DNA from: Phoronis australis
Lineage: Eukaryota; Animalia; Phoronida
Assembly (NCBI GenBank): GCA_002633005.1
Contig: NMRA01000048.1
Location: forward strand, 624,303 to 688,302
DNA length: 64,000 nucleotides
Direction: 5' to 3'
Each line of letters begins with the position of its first letter. Position 1 is the first letter of the stretch. Of this stretch, positions 62,721-64,000 are shown piece after piece. A model generated the notes under the pieces. That model searched no databases. It saw only the letters and a program-made list of their open reading frames with translations, and was not told the DNA's origin. The translations under genes were made by a program, and so were the position numbers.

Positions 62721-62932
62721 CTAATAAGTAAAAGACTTAAACAATCAGTAAAGTTATGATTTGTCATGATCTTTTTGTGGCATGTACTCAATATCAGTAA
62801 ATGTTACTGAGTGTAGAATTAATTTACAAGTTCACACACAACCTTTGAGCATGACATGACCCCTTGTAAGGATGTGGCACAGTGCAGGACGATACGCATA
62901 TACCAAATATGTAAGCTACAGTGACAACAAAT

Positions 62933-63070
62933 GGTGAACAATTCCTATCAGCCACGGTGAACAATTCCTATCAGCCACGGTGAACAATTCCTATCAGCCA
63001 CGGTGAACAATTCCTATCAGCCACGGTGAACTATTCCTATCAGCCACGGTGAACTATTCCTATCAGCCAC
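62933..63070. repeat. 23-bp minisatellite x6
   Basis: GGTGAACAATTCCTATCAGCCAC units. Confidence 0.95.
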
Positions 63071-63299
63071 GGCACATGGATTTTTCTGTGCACTAGAATG
63101 GTAGGCCAGGTAAAAACAGCCTAACAACAATCCAACCTTTGGTTTATATAATGCAATTAAGAAGAACAGGCTTCTATATTATAGTGCCAGGCAGGCCTTT
63201 ATGCAATGTACATCCTGGGCATCCAAATATATGCCCCAATGAGATAAATATAGCTATTTTTTTCATATTTTTATTTTGCTCCAGCATGATAATTACACG

Positions 63300-64000
63300 T
63301 CACATAAAACAATACAGTATACATCGTTTACAAAGAATAACATTAAATCATTTGTCAACAAGTACCGCATTTCCTTCAGGATGTAATTTAATAAAGTTAA
63401 TGAACAATTTGAAATTAATTCTTTTTAACAAACTTTTGGCTAAATATGAAATTTTTTGCCAACATGATCAACAGATTAATATTACAATTTTTCGACTGAA
63501 TGTTTCCCAAAAAAACAAAAAACACTGCTATCTTGTCCACATGAAAATTTACCTGATTTGTTTGTTTTGAACACTCAGCAAACAGGAGCCAGAAACCAGA
63601 GATAAGACGACATTTCCAAAAGAGATGGAGAAAAGTTTCACTGTGTTCACGACAGAAAGAGCTTAGATCAGTTGTTTTTATTTTAATTTTATGTAAATAA
63701 TTGTTAGTTGGTAATATTCTGTGAATTAAGTGGTATTGAAACCAATGCAATTTTGTATCTTTTGTACAATTGAAGGGGAGTTTATTTACTTTTCTCAACC
63801 ATGTATCAGAGTCACTGACATTTATTACAACGTTTATATCTATCTCAGATGACCACTTGTTGTCCTTCTCGTTCTGGATGGCCAATCAGATGGACTCAGT
63901 TTGTTATTGACAGAAAAAAATCTGTGATTCCACACATTGTGGTCGGATAAAAGAGGTTATTGGTGTAAAAAATAATATTCTCAATAATGTGAACGCCTTT
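63300..64000 (-). pseudogene. L1/Tx1-like LINE ORF2 3' fragment (zf-RVT region)
   Basis: KLHWFQYHLIHRILPTN...FCREHSETFLHLFWKC in ORF 63415-63885. Confidence 0.8.

Overview
AT-rich eukaryotic genomic DNA, probably from a marine invertebrate (inferred from intron structure and TE types). Two convergent spliced housekeeping genes flank the window. TYW3 lies on + (six exons, 4320-21134; first exon(s) not found, probably upstream of the window). A cytosolic GH85 ENGase lies on - (at least 11 exons, 51036-62720; first exon outside the window). Between their 3' ends is a 22.3-kb block (24277-46563) bounded by one LTR pair and a 5-bp TSD (ACAGC). It resolves into a Russian-doll nest of at least nine distinct Ty3/Gypsy insertions, seven with readable TSDs, plus two CACTA/EnSpm-like DNA elements. 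Every retroelement piece is on the minus strand. Most older members have lost gag-PR-RT but kept integrase, and the youngest member (33928-38671) is intact. The structure resembles a compacted, uni-strand retrotransposon trap or archive (flamenco-like piRNA source); that function is inference and needs small-RNA data. Introns carry Helentron/HINE-like repeats, hAT-type MITEs, an ISL2EU-like relic, BEL/Pao and LINE relics, a solo LTR and minisatellites.
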